Shown in pieces: positions 48,496-62,921 of a stretch of 64,000 nucleotides of DNA (positions are counted from its first letter, which is position 1; each line of letters begins with the position of its first letter). Below the pieces are notes generated by a model. The model saw nothing but the letters and a program-made list of their open reading frames with translations, ran no database searches and had not been told where the DNA came from. Position numbers and translations under genes: made by a program. This DNA is from Eledone cirrhosa. Lineage: Eukaryota. The DNA is taken from NCBI GenBank assembly GCA_964016885.1, contig OZ024740.1:356686001-356750000 (forward strand), read 5' to 3'.

Positions 48496-48651
48496 GGGAT
48501 CTTCTGAAACTCAGGTTAGTTTCAGAAGATCCCATTAAGGGTGAAAGCAGCGATTCTTTGCTTAAACTTTAATCTGTTATTTTAATAAATATATATACAT
48601 ACATACATACATACATACATACATACATACATACATACATACATACATACT

Positions 48652-48702
<51 letters not shown>

Positions 48703-48704
<2 letters not shown>

Positions 48705-50984
48705 GCGCGAGGACCAAAAACATGAGGTGTTCAGGATTGCTAGGCAATGCGTCAAGGATAACCGTGATATTGTCGGGGAGAAGTGTGTCCTTAATGATGA
48801 TGGTGTACTTGCCATCACTGACGCTGATAAGAAGGTAGCTTGGAAGTGTCACTACGAAAGGCTACTAAATGAGGAGAATAAATGGGAGAAAGACAGTCTC
48901 CCCCACATCGATCCAATAGAGGGACCAGCAGTGTTAGTCGAATGTAGTATAATAAGTAAGGCAATCAAAGATATGGAGACGGGTAAGGCGGCTGGGCCTT
49001 CGGAAATAGTTGCTGAAATGCTGAAAGCTTCTGGAACGGTGGGACACACCATGGTCACCAGGATAGTAAACCAAGTCATACAGAATGGGGTTGTTCCGAA
49101 GGACTGGCATAGCAGCATCATCATTAACTGCTACAAGGGTAAAGGAGATGCCCTAGATAGGGGTAACTATAGAGGCATTAAATTAATCGACCAGGTCAAG
49201 AAGGTCACAGAAAAAGTATAGCGCAACTAATCAGAGAGCGAATTGATCTAGATGAAATGCAGTTCGGGTTTGTGTCAGGCAAAAGTACCACAGACGCTCT
49301 TTTCATTGTACGACAACTACAGGAGAAGTACCTAGCTAAAAGTAAACCCCTATACTTAGCTTTTGTCGACTTGGAGAAAGCCTTTGACAGAGTCCCCCGT
49401 TCCATTATCTGGTGGGCTCTTAGAAAACTAGGTGTTGATGAATGGCTTGTGAGAGCTATACAGGCCATGTATAAAGAAACAGTCAGCAAGGTTAGAATTA
49501 ACAACGAATATAGTGAAGAGTTTAGCGTAAAAGTTGGTGTTCATCAGGGCTCAGTTCTTAGCCCCCTACTATTTATTATTGCCCTTCAGGCTATAACAGT
49601 GGAGTTCAAGACCGGTTGCCCATGGGAACTCCTATACGCAGATGATCTAACGCTCATAGCTGAATCAATGGCTGAACTAGAGAAGAAATTCCAAACATGG
49701 AAGCATGGCCTAGAATCAAAAGGCCTTAAAATTAACCTGTCTAAGACTAAAGTTCTAGTTTGTAGGAAGGAAAATAGGGCACCGGTCCCATCCGGGAAAT
49801 GGCCATGCTCAGTGTGTAGGAAAGGAGTAGGTAGAAACTCCATTTTATGTCCCAAATGCAAAGTATGGGTGCATAAAATATGTAGTGGGATCACAGGTAA
49901 GCTAACTAAGAACATAGATTTTATATGTGGCCGGTGCTCTGGTGCAATATGTAGCTGCAAGTGCCCACATAATACTAGCTCATTCCATTCCACAGATGGT
50001 TCTATAGAAATAGTGGACACCTTCCGTTACCTGGGTGACAAAATCAGCAGTGGTGGAGGGTGCTCTGAAAGTACAGTAGCTAGAGTCAGAACTGGATGGA
50101 AAAAGTTCAGAGAGTTTATACCACTATTAGCCGCTAAAAGGTTCTCTCTAAAAATGAAAGGCAGGCTGTATGATGCCTGCATACGAACAGCAATGTTACA
50201 TGGCAGTGAGACATGGGCATTGTGTGCAGAGGATATACGCAGACTGGAGAGGAACGAAGCTTGCATGCTCCGCTGGATGTGTAATAGTAATATACGTGAA
50301 CGGCAAAGCATAAATGAACTAAAGGAAAAATTAGAAATAAGAGGGATTAGATGTTGTTTACTCGAGAGAAGACTACGTTGGTACAGTCACGTGATGCGCA
50401 TGAAAGACGACAGCTGTATAAAAAAGTGCAGGGCAATGAAAATAGACGGTAGCCACGGAGTAGGCAGACCCAGAAAAACCTGGGACGACTTGATAAATTC
50501 CGACCTCACACACTTACACCTCTTCAAGACAATGTCACTGGACCGAGATCTTTGGCGCAACACAGTAATACAGAAAACCCGCCTTACCTAAGTACAAAGT
50601 GAAACCTACTACAGTCAGTAAGCAGTTCTAACAAAAATACACCCCGTCCCACTACGCCCACCCCATCCACACCACCCCTTTCAATGTAAAGTTATGTTGG
50701 TACCACAACATCCAGTCCGAAACAAATGAGGTCGTGTAGGTGTCACGACAAAAAAACACACAGTCCACGCCTTAATGTGGCCGAGTAGGTAACACGGTAA
50801 AAACCTCCCAGTCCATACTGTAAATGTGGTTGGTGTTAGGAAAGGCATCCAGCCGTAGAAAACCCGCCAGACAGTCCTATGCGAGCAAGACAACCAATCT
50901 TGCCTCAAGTGGAAAAACTCCCGTCCAAACTCATGCAAGCGTGGAAGATGGACGTTAAACGATGATGATGATGATGATGATGAT
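48703..50984 (+). mobile_element. 5'-truncated RTE-clade LINE with (GAT)n tail
   Basis: GKAAGP, NYRGIKL, QFGF, FVDLEKAFDRVP, GVHQGSVLSPLLF, LYADD and GRPRKTW. The 3' UTR ends ggacgttaaac(gat)n. (TA)n lies upstream. Confidence 0.92.
48727..50591 (+). pseudogene. RTE RT ORF with internal PHD-like Cys/His finger; one frameshift near 49220
   Basis: Pieces 48727-49221 and 49257-50591. The finger reads CSVC..CPKC..H..C..CGRC. Confidence 0.85.
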
Positions 50985-51026
50985 ATATTAATATAAGCAA
51001 GTAATGCACCAAGAAAAATGAAACGT

Positions 51027-51328
<302 letters not shown>

Positions 51329-51372
51329 CAAAATGCAAACAAATGAAAAATATTCTAATAATCAAAATATAT

Positions 51373-51432
51373 ATTTTATTATACATATTTCAAAGGTACT
51401 ATGGTGTTTAAATACGTTTTCATCTGAGAAAA
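51373..51432 (-). ncRNA. Degenerate hammerhead (CAGAUGA core) in a pLTR remnant
   Basis: Minus strand: ttttct-CAGATGA-aaacgta..taccttt-GAAA-tatgta-TA-ataaaa. It resembles the 22789 family. Confidence 0.4.
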
Positions 51433-51556
51433 TATATAATCTGATATGTGACATACCGCTACGGTTTTGATTATTCGATTCCAGTATTGTTGAGTGCTTC
51501 TAATCTATTGTAATATTGTATTCGTTGAGTAATCAACGAACCATATTAATCTTTGG

Positions 51557-51632
<76 letters not shown>

Positions 51633-52129
51633 ATACTTTGGGAGGGTCATGTTGCCAATAAGAAACACACGCACCAGTTGCTTTCACTTCAATTTAATTT
51701 ATTATATATTTATAAATTCTATTTCATTCTATTTCATTCTATTTCATTCTATTTCATTGATATATATATATATATATATATTATATATCAATGAAATAGA
51801 ATGAAACGAAATTTAATTTCTCACTCTTAGTACGGCACTTACTTAAATGTAAGTATATATACGCACATACATATATGTATACAGACGCACAGTACTATGT
51901 ATATATATACATACATGCACACATATATATATGCACGTATCGGTTTACCGAACATTTATTGTTCGGTATAGAGTGAGAAATGAAATTTCGTTTCATTCTA
52001 TTCCATGTATCATTTTCGGTGTGCCCAGCCGACTGAACTCACTCGATATGCAAATTAGGCTGCTCAGCCGTTAATATGCATAAGGAAAGTATATACTTTC
52101 AGACGTTCAACCATCTGGCAGGAAGGTAT

Positions 52130-52172
52130 ACGATGCTGACGATAGCTAATAAGCTTGAAACTAGTACATCGT
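52130..52172 (+). ncRNA. Minimal type I hammerhead
   Basis: acgatg-CTGACGA-t agct aata agct t-GAAA-ctag-TA-catcgt. Stem I is a perfect 6 bp and stem III (actagt) is palindromic. Confidence 0.8.
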
Positions 52173-52482
52173 TCCTGTGTCAGTGTTGAACAAAAAGGTG
52201 ACGTGGTTGCCCAAACACTGTACGGCGTAATCCGGGCTTTGTTTGTTTACAAACAAACAAACCGAACATTATAATAAATGTTCGGTAAACCGATACGTGC
52301 ATATATATATGTGTGCATGTATGTATATATATACATAGTACTGTGCGTCTGTATACATATATGTATGTGCGTATACATACTTACATATATATATATATAT
52401 ATATATACTACACACTACTAAATATATATAGAGAAATAGCCGTTGAAACGGCTTGAGCTCTGCCATCGGGGTTTAACATTTT

Positions 52483-52580
<98 letters not shown>

Positions 52581-53478
52581 CAGATTAAGTGGTAATTGTA
52601 TATATATATGTATATAGCACCACTTAATTTGATCAAATATATCTATGCTAATGGTGTTCATGGTGATAATCAATAATTTTTTAGAATGACGTTTATGTTC
52701 TTCTCACTCCATCTACATCTTGCTCCTCTCTTCTCTCTTTATCTCTTGTTGAGTTGAACCCATATGAGAGTAAAATATTTCTACAGACAATTAAATATTA
52801 ATATAGAATTATTGATGAAATATTGTTTTACATTTCATTATTGTTTTATGTTTTAATATGTCAGTGATTGAATTATTTGAAACTAGAGAGTGGTGATGTC
52901 ACACTAAAACACAGTGTTGACAACTATCTGTCGTTAATTATACATTATTTCACTTGTGTCTAGGTGTATCAACATATGCTAAGTATCTCTAGCTATGTAG
53001 ACTAGAGGAATTGAAATTAAGTGGCTTGTTTATAGTCATACACTGTTAACCCTGTAGACACACTATTAACTGAGGTGACTTTTGATAACTCGTGATGGAC
53101 ATCTGCAAGTGGTGAATTCAACTAACACAATGACAGTAAAGAACACACACAATACACGGCAGTATTAAACAAACTCATCATCAGAAATACACTACTAAAT
53201 GGATGCCGTTCTAACGGCATCCCCATATACATATGCACACCTGTACATATACACACATAAACAGTCAAACAGCTAAATTCACAAATACATATGTACAGGG
53301 ATGAGAATCTTGTAAATATGATGGGAAAAATATTCTCGGGGTCCTAAACAACACCCCGGAAATCCTCAATTCACTTAGTTCTCCGTTCCATCCCTTTGCG
53401 TATCATCAGAGTCTTTGTGGTTTAAATTTGGCAGACCGTATCTCTGGGGAAACCCAACAAACACAGACACACACACAC

Positions 53479-53564
<86 letters not shown>

Positions 53565-53756
53565 GGAAATCAGCAAAATCGAATCTCTGGCGGTTTGCAA
53601 GTAAATTCGGCCTACTATTATGAAATGATGAGTTAGCAAAGCACTCGATAAGATAGGACCTCAGAGTAATAACATACGTTTAAATAGCTTCACAAATCGA
53701 AGATTGTGGTAGGCGAAACTAACACACAATATATACCAAAGTAACGATAGAACTAA

Positions 53757-53804
<48 letters not shown>

Positions 53805-53923
53805 AAAAAACACAAACCTTACATCTCAATTCTACTTTTGAAAAGTATAGGAACTGTGAAATCGGTAAAGGAAATAAATAAATATTTTTAAAAAGACTCC
53901 AGTTGCATTTTCGATTTATTTTT

Positions 53924-54019
<96 letters not shown>

Positions 54020-54020
<1 letters not shown>

Positions 54021-55474
54021 TAGCAGTGGTACCCGGCGTTGTATGGGATAAGGTATTTTGGAACGCGGGCCGCCAACAGACCTAATTGTGGAAAAACTGC
54101 ATGCCTCGACAATATGTAAAGAAAATAAACCAAATACTCTGATGGCTGGATAATCTTTATGATTTTCCTCGATGAAGCAGGAAAAATGCATGTTTTCTCC
54201 TCATGCGGGCCCTAGGGCATCAAGAAAAGGAATTTTTTGTACGTGCATAATATGCCTTGAAATTTCTGGAAAATCGGCTAGACATAAGGCCTAAAATAAA
54301 ACCCTAAAAAGCTGAAAAAAATGAAGTTTTTCAGCTAATGCGGGTCCTAGGTCATAAAAAAGTTGGATTTTCGTTGCTGACGGTATGAAGAAGAGAGTGA
54401 CAAAAACACAGTTACAATTTCAAGGAAATTGGTCTGACGTAATGCCTCAAAATACACATAAAAAGCTGAAAAAACGCAGTTTTTCACCTAATGCGGGCCC
54501 TATGGGATGAAAAAGTTGAATTTCTTATGTGCATAACACTCCCTGAAACATAACGCAGGCCGCCAACAGACCTAATCGTGGAAAAACTGCATGCCTGGAC
54601 AATATGTAAAGAAAATAAACCGAATACTCTGATGCAATTAGTATTAGGTATGCTTCTCCTTCCACGTGGAGAAAATCGGCTTGGTGCTTTTGTACTTTAA
54701 TAAAGTGGCATGACAGATGTCACCACTTATGTCAGAGGGAAGTCTGCAATGCTTGAGCAAGACATGACGTGCAATCGGACAGCATGTGGAGCCTTCTCGA
54801 AGGAGTCCACCGCACCTTAGTAAGTAAACGCAACTGGACAAACGTTTACCAAACTGTGGGGATAATTTAACAAATTTAAAGGGGAATGATGCAATAAAAT
54901 GGGCCCCGGGGCGTGTGCACGTTCACTGGCAGCCCTAAACGAAAGGGTTGCCATCAGCTATTTCAAGGTCCCTTAAAAAAGCCGTGTAAGCCGTTCACTG
55001 ACACCCCATTAAGGAGGGGTAACCATCAACAATTTCTAGTGGTGGCCCTAAAAAGGGCCATGTGAGCGTTCACTTGTAGCTCTTATTAGTGACTTTGACT
55101 GCGTTCTCTGACATTTGAAGGAAGGTGTTACGGTTGTTTCCACTGGTAGCCTTTAGAATGAATCAGAATGCGTTCGCGGTCCGTTTAACAGCCATACATT
55201 GACGCACCGAGTGCGATGCAGACAGCCAGACATACAGACAGATATTATAAGGGCGCACCCTTATATCTATGTATCTATCTAAAAAGAGAAAGACTAAGAA
55301 TTATAGAGAGATCGCTAAATCGCCTAATGAAATTGTTTTTGCTCAGAACACTCCCTGAAACATAAGTATTACATGTGTAAAGTTTGAAAACAGTTGGTTG
55401 GGTGCTTCTCGAGTTTTAGGGATTCAAACTCACACATACATACAGACAGACATCCTTAGTCTTATATATATAGA
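54020..55474 (-). mobile_element. Non-autonomous Helitron (Lep1-like organisation)
   Basis: The minus strand begins A|TCtatatatataag (55474) and ends with a GC hairpin-like cccatacaacgccggg then CTAG|T (54020). It has internal repeats and a (CAGA/CATA) microsatellite near the 5' end, and sits in (TA)n. Confidence 0.75.
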
Positions 55475-55476
55475 TA

Positions 55477-55639
<163 letters not shown>

Positions 55640-57099
55640 ATGTATATCCGTATGAGGTTGACGGCTTAGATAAAGGTGTACTCAATACCGAAATAGAGTT
55701 TTAATATTCATTTTATTAAGGTTAACTAGTTCTTAACTGATTACCCTGTGATAAACAGATGTCACTTCACTATTTAGCTATTAAAATGAATATATATATA
55801 TATGTACATGTGTGTGTGCGTGTTTATGTGTGTATGTTTGTGTGTGGGGGGTGTATGTGGCTGTGTGGAGGGGGCACCTAAGGAGAAGTCACTCAAGCTG
55901 TTGCCAAACACCTTTCATTCTTCACCATAAAGGGATCTAATTAGAAGAACATGGGGCCCATGCAAATGCAGGTTATCACCCCTTTAATGTTCTATATGAT
56001 CCACAAGTATCACGAAACAGACTAAATTGTTACAATTAGATGGCCCCATAAAGTTCCTAACGATGGATGCCGGACACTGGACTAGGTGAACTGCCTGCTT
56101 CTATTTACCCCGGTAAATTTCACGATCATGTGTTTAGAAAGTATGAAATGATACATCCGATGATAAATCTTTTACTCGAGCTTGCACAATTCTGAAGTAG
56201 TAGCCCCATCCGTACAGGACCAAAATGATGTCTCTAAAACTATCTGAACCGTTCAATATCTCTTCAACCAATTTTAGAGTTGAACGTTTAGTTGAAGACC
56301 GTCCCAAATTCAACAGCTCATCAAGTCTAATCTTATCCCGATTTTATTATCGCTAATCTACTGGTCCTGTATAAATAATTAATTAAATATATATATACAT
56401 ATATATATATACAATATATATGTACTTGTTGGAGTGTGCGTGTGTGATTGTGAAAAGTAAGCGGAAAAATACGACAAACAATGAAGTTTAAGGAAGGTAT
56501 ATATTAATCTCACACTTAATAGAGTAGGAAAGGTATTGACATTTTGGATGCTAGTCTTTCATCAGTAAATGAAATGGGGAAATTAATAAAGAAACAAAAG
56601 GATTGAGGCGAGTAGCAGGGCAAAAACGAGAAAGATTTATTTGAGGAAAATCAGGTCTGTTCATTTCGCCACCTCCTGAAAAACTGTTGATAGAAGCGTT
56701 TATAGTATAGGAAGTTCAGTTGGCCGTCATTTGAAAGGCTTTGATCAAAGGCTTTTATACCGTACTGAAAAGGAAAAGATACTTTTGTATTTAGAGTGTG
56801 TGTCTCTAAGTATATAAGTGTGTGTATGTGTATGTGTTTGTGTGCGTGTGTGTGTATGTAATTTTGTTGATTACTTTTACGAATCTGTGAGGATGTGTGT
56901 GCATAAGTTTAAGAACGTGTTTATGTGTGTGCGTGTCTGTTGTTGGTCTGTACAAAGCTGTGTGCATTTCTAACCATAAGAGATCCGTTGGAAACTGAAG
57001 ATAGGCATGTGCGTGCGCGAGTAGCAGTAGGGATGATAGTGGCTTGGACGAGCACATGTGTGCAAGGGTAAATATAGATTAAAGAAATTGTGAGTGGAG

Positions 57100-57420
57100 A
57101 AGCTTGACTCAAGGCTCAGTCCTGGTGCGATAGGCTGGCGATCCGTGAGGCAAAAGGAGACTCATGGCTGGTGCATGTATAGAGGAGTTGCCTGGGGAGG
57201 GGAAGTAGCGGGCGATGGAGGTGTCCCTGCCACTCGTATGTCCCTCACGTGTGAATCGCTCCGCTGGACGGTGACCTGTTTGACTGACGTATAAGGACCC
57301 ACAAAAGGAACATCGGTGGGCATAGACAAGGTTGGGGTATGTGAAGGTGAAGTAGTGGCAGATACGGAAAGAACCGTCAGTAGCTATTTGGTGGTAAGGT
57401 TAGAAATGAAGGAACAGGTG
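57100..57420 (-). pseudogene. Decayed GIY-YIG endonuclease of a Neptune-type PLE
   Basis: Minus strand: NLVYA..RCSFCGSLYVSQTGHRPAERF..RDI..DTSIARYF. A decayed hammerhead-like ctgatgaaagac lies downstream at about 56540-56572. Confidence 0.6.
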
Positions 57421-59573
57421 TAACAGTATGGTCGTGTTGAAGTGATTGAAACCTGTAAAAGAATAGGAGACTAGCAATGTCTTCAGCAATGGATGGTTTT
57501 TCACTCCTGCATTTAAACAAACTTTGAGCAGACAAACGGAGCCGTTTACATATTCACGTGAAACGTGTCAATGCCGCTCCTCATTCATAAAATGTACATA
57601 GCGTCATATTTCCATTCAAACGTTGTGATCATCATCATCGTCATCATCATCATTGTCGTAGTCGTACTCGTCTACAGCATCATCATTATCAACATCGCCG
57701 GTGTCGTCGTTATCATCATCACCACTATCATCCTCACTCTGATCATCATTATCATTATAATCATTATTCTCACCAGGATTCCTTTATCAGTGGTTTCTCC
57801 TGATTGACAGCCCCCATTAAATGCTTTTTATATTCTCCCTTTTCAACAAGCTCAGCATCGATAAAATTTACCTTTAGTTTCTTCAGAAGTTTTGGACAAT
57901 TTTCAGAGAGAGATTTTTTTACTCACCTTTTACGTATTTTCCATTTATATGATCAGAGGCATATAAATAGTTTCTATAAAATACTTCAAAGGCTTATTCG
58001 ATTTATTTGGCCATATCAGCGCAACTAATGCCTCTGAATTAATTGGAGATTGCAAATGTGTCAAATATAATCATTCCAAGAATTATTAATCTGCAAATCC
58101 ACGAGAAGTCGATGAAGATATTCACCTATTTTATATATTTTCAATATACGTAAAGGGATCTGTGATGTTGGCAAAGGTTAGATACCATTGTAGTATCCAA
58201 GCAATATATAAGATCGATAAATATAGATTACATCGTATAATAACGTATTCAGTTGTTTTCAAATACGACAAGGAAGAATTCCAAAGGCTGAGAATTCTAA
58301 GCCATTTTTATTTTTTATACCTATTTGATACAACTTTCCTTTTGAACGTAACAAAAAGTATTTAAATGTGATAACCTTCACAAATTGTATTCCATCTAAT
58401 GTGACGATGATCTAAGCAAATAATTAATTACAGCTTTCATAATTTTAAAACTGCATTTCTGTGTCAGAATACTATTTAACAATTTAGAAGGGTTAGAGCA
58501 TGTGCCGTTCACTACTCTACTGTTATTCAATGTAGTTTTCGGTTCGATGTTGAAGAAGAGGTGTTTGATTCCGATTATAGAATACAGTTTATTCAAAATG
58601 GATATATCCCCGGTCTGATATGTACTGTCGATAGTGTAAAGAAGAAAGCTAATAAGCTTCTCTGTTATATAAAAAAAAAACAATTATTTTGCAGTTTGGG
58701 CTTATTGTTAATGCTGATAACACCAGCATACTTGGAAGACAGAATATGTTACTAATAATACGGATTTAGACAGGGGTTGGAATAATTTTATAATAAATTC
58801 TTTTTAATATATGTATAAATCCCTGGTGCGATTATGTTGTTGGAATGGCCACAGAATATATATTTTCGCTTAAGTGAATTCATTTGAGGCTTGTTCGACC
58901 ATACTCATTTTAGTGTGTTATTATTACACCAAACAAATATTGTTTCAATATCAGAAGCAATACAATCTAGCTAGTCGTTATATTATATATTTGAATACTA
59001 ACCAAAATCTATGCAATTTACTGGATAACGACTAAAACCAAAATAAGTACTACATATAATAACACTGAAAAATCAATATTGATATCGATAATTCATGTCA
59101 ATTACCCTGCATTGTTTACATTAAAAAACACCGCTAAAGGGAAACAACTTAGAAATGTAATCTTTTACTTCAAGCAACATAGCTAAAACTTCAGAGGTCA
59201 ATTTTCTCCTCAAGTATACTTGCACTCGTAATAGGAACGTTGACAGTACATAACGCTTCCATGCAAAACCAACAAATACAGATAGACAGGCGTTTTATAA
59301 AGGATAGTCATTACATTTTCCTAAACAGGCTAATTATTTGACGCAATATAATGCAACATTTTGCAAGCTAACTCCTTGGACAACATTTACAGAATCGAAG
59401 AGCTTGGATATATAAGATTACAATATTACATTAATTGATAAAATGTAAAATACTTCAAACCAGAAAATCTGTTCCAGATATCATATTAAATATGCAAATA
59501 CGATTTCAAATGACAAAACATAACGATTCCAAAACACAAGTCCACACGACAAACTGAACCCCCAAAATATATA

Positions 59574-60060
59574 CAGGGTGGATGGAAAGAAACTCCTTAT
59601 TTAAAATTGTTAATAATTTTATTAATTATTGGTCAACTTTCATAAAACAGGTTTTATTTTGTACAGTATAATGGTAGAGGTACAGTACTATGTTAAACCT
59701 CTACATACACAGCAGTGTTTGTAATCGCCTGGGTATATCATCGACTGACTTCAAGAACTTTGGCCGTATATTAGTCAGTACACGAGAAATGCTTTCCTCC
59801 AATTGATTCAGAGTTTTTGGTTTTGATCTAGAAACGTCTTCATTTGCCCAACTCCACAGGATGTTCAGGGTTTCTTGCTTGCCATGCATGATGGCTTTGA
59901 CGACCCGGCCATCGTCCTGGAAATTGGACATCATGCAAGATAAGGAGGGTCCCTATCTTGTTTGAACATGAGATTATTGATTTTGTCCCATTGGTATCAG
60001 TAGACCACATGTTATATGTTATTTTCAATAAGGAGTTTCTTTTCATCCTCCCAGTATTTT
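59574..60060 (-). mobile_element. Tc1/mariner (DD37D/maT-like) transposon 3' remnant
   Basis: Minus-strand frames give FPGRWPGR..AW.ARNP and LWSW..KPKTLNQLEESI..IPRRLQ. The terminus TA-CAGGGTG is at 59572-59580. Confidence 0.65.
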
Positions 60061-60240
60061 AACTATGTTCCTAGTTCTGTAGGTATGACATGGCCAAAAC
60101 AATTTTAGATTGAGAATATCTTCGACAAAAAATTAGATCTCAATTCAGATAAATAATTATTGTAACCACTCGAAACACTACACTAGACAATGTTGCACTG
60201 AAATACATTACACAATTTTGGATACTAATATGTTTGCTTC

Positions 60241-60281
<41 letters not shown>

Positions 60282-60282
60282 C

Positions 60283-60368
<86 letters not shown>
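60241..60368. repeat. (AGT)n microsatellite
   Basis: About 42 units. Confidence 0.97.
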
Positions 60369-62056
60369 CGGGGTCGTATTGAAACAATTGGAAGCCCTGG
60401 CCTAGGGTACATTTGAGTTCCTGAACATCTGCCCGCAAGAAACGTATTGAAGGAGAAACGTACATGATGTTAGAACTACAGAGAACGCTGCTAAGATGCC
60501 AGCATCAATCTCTGTAAACTTCTAAAACAGAAGTGCTATACATACTATTTTATATGATATGTTTCAAGAATATCTTTCTCTTCTTGTTTCATGATGTACA
60601 AGATATTAAGAGTTCTTCAGGCATAAAAAAAAACACTTTGATTTCGATGAGTACATTATTCATTGTGATACAAACCCTCCTGAAGAAATTCTCGTGTTAT
60701 AATGCTGAACTGCTCCTTTAAAACATACATACTTATATCGAAACCTTCCGTTATAATGTTATTTATCACATTTTTGTTAAGTAATGTTGTAGACATAAGC
60801 TTAGTAATGAAAATAGTTAGTTATTTTATTAAATTCATCCGTTTTGAAAATTATATTAACATAGAAGCATATATAATATATTTATGTTTAGTAAACATAC
60901 ATATGTATTGATACGAATGTTTTACATTATGATCATGACAATTATCTCGGTAGCTGTGTGAGAACATCAGATATGTTTCTGGATTTCTCACGTGACTACT
61001 GAGATAGCTGTGACATTACCAGACCTTTCATAGCGAGATATATATAAGTTAATACACGGCCTTCATTTACACCTCTATTGTGAATAACTGTATGTTACTG
61101 CCAAAGTTTATTAGAAATAGCGTAACAAATGTGTTAATCTATGACACTATTTTACACTATCACTTACTACATTGGTCCACAAATAGCTCTTTCTGTCTAG
61201 GTAGTTTAGGGAAGCCTCCATGGATGCTGCTCTTTCTACTCAGGTCAAGAGAAATGGCAGTACCATTTCAGAAATACCAAAGTATTGGGGGAAAAGGAGG
61301 AACGTATCGGGCACTAACTTACAACATCTGCCATTGACTTACATCATCAGCAACTGACTAATCCCTGTCTCATACCAGTCTCTTCCAAGTCACAGCCCAG
61401 TCTAACGCTTGTGTCTTCCCACCCACCCCCACGTCAGTCTTACGCCAATTTTATGTCAGAGACAGTCGTGAGACAGACGTGTGACTGGTCCTTCAGGGAT
61501 GCAGGTGCAGACTTTTCCATTACATTGAAAATCCTAGAAAAGTGAAGACCTTACCTAAATGGTAAGAAGACATATAAACTGTGTAACAATGAAAGATGGA
61601 ACATCTTAAGTTGGCTACATACTATGAACACATACCTTAAAACATGGGCCAAGCTTTATATCACTACTCGCACGTGCTGGAATGCATCCTACATAATTGA
61701 AAGGACACCGGATAACATGGACAATCACAATCCACAACTTTGCATCCCGAGCTTATCTCCAGCCCTGATTATAAACCTTTCCCGTGTATAACATTCTTCT
61801 AAATCACCAAATAAATAAAAAGAGCACCGTTACTACGAAGTTCTAACCTCTATAACATCTATCTTTCACCCAAGAAACCTTCCCGTCAAACACCACACCA
61901 TATCCTTTCAGCCAACCCTAAACTTCTTCCTTTTTTCTCAAGTTTTAGTAAGATACATCCACCAACATATTATTGACAACCAAAACCACAAGTTTTCACT
62001 CCTTTCATAAGAACTCTCTAGTAGAACTCTAATCCAGACAAATTACATTCCAAGAT

Positions 62057-62109
62057 GTTGGACTGACGAGCTGCAGAAATAAACCCCCAGCGAAACGTTG
62101 CGTAGTTTA
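62057..62109 (+). ncRNA. Candidate hammerhead at the end of a decayed PLE 3' region (about 61590-62110)
   Basis: CTGACGA-gctg..cagc-GAAA-cg ttg cg-TA. Stem I is weak and needs a one-nucleotide slip. Confidence 0.45.
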
Positions 62110-62467
62110 CCTAACTTTCTATATACACCGCCATTGAATGCATAAACTTACACTCACGAATACATACATACATACATCACTCAAATTAAGTCTACACCAT
62201 CGATACATACATGAATATATCACACATATTTTCCCTATTATCATATACATATTCGCGCACGCCTTTCGCTATGTAAACTTACACTCATGCGCACACATAC
62301 ATACATCTACCACTAAGCACATTTACATTCACGCACACACATGCATATGCCATACACTTTTTTCCACACATCTAACAACGCGCACGCTCGAAATTTATAC
62401 GTCTTTTCATTACAGTTAACTTAACAACTCATCTCTGATCGATCATTTAAGACCTTCACAGAGATAC

Positions 62468-62507
62468 TCCCTTGAGAATGGGTTTATAAACCCGAAAATA
62501 TTTGGGA
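62468..62507 (+). ncRNA. Minimal type I hammerhead with U3-A8 variant core
   Basis: tccc-TTGAGAA-t gggttt at aaaccc-GAAA-atat-TT-ggga. Confidence 0.7.
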
Positions 62508-62614
62508 TTATTAAATTTGGTAAGGTAAAATTCTATTGTTATCTTGGCACCTTTAATTTTCTATTACATTGTATGGCTTTTATAAATATCTATCTATCTA
62601 TCTATCTATCTCTC

Positions 62615-62763
<149 letters not shown>

Positions 62764-62878
62764 TAATATATATATATATATTTATTTATATATATATATT
62801 TATTTATATATATATACAAAATCAAGATGGCGTAGAACAGGCCAAAGGAGAGGCACAAAACAAAGAAAAGAATCCCCA

Positions 62879-62921
62879 GTCACTGAAGAGGTCACAGAAT
62901 GTGTGACGAAAGAACTTTGAC
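62879..62921 (+). ncRNA. Candidate minimal hammerhead
   Basis: gtca-CTGAAGA-g gtcaca gaatg tgtgac-GAAA-gaac-TT-tgac. The downstream segment 63010-63078 is the inverse of 51628-51700. Confidence 0.5.

Noticed and set aside
54190-54560. Three spaced ~20-nt repeats that superficially resemble a CRISPR array
   Set aside because: The spacers are long and similar to each other, the context is a eukaryotic Helitron, and there are no cas genes.
58489-58755. Possible exon RVRACAVHYSTVIQCSFRFDVEEEVFDSDY... (and 61201-61561 with ag/gtaaga ends)
   Set aside because: No recognisable homology and ambiguous splice sites, so they cannot be supported without transcript data.
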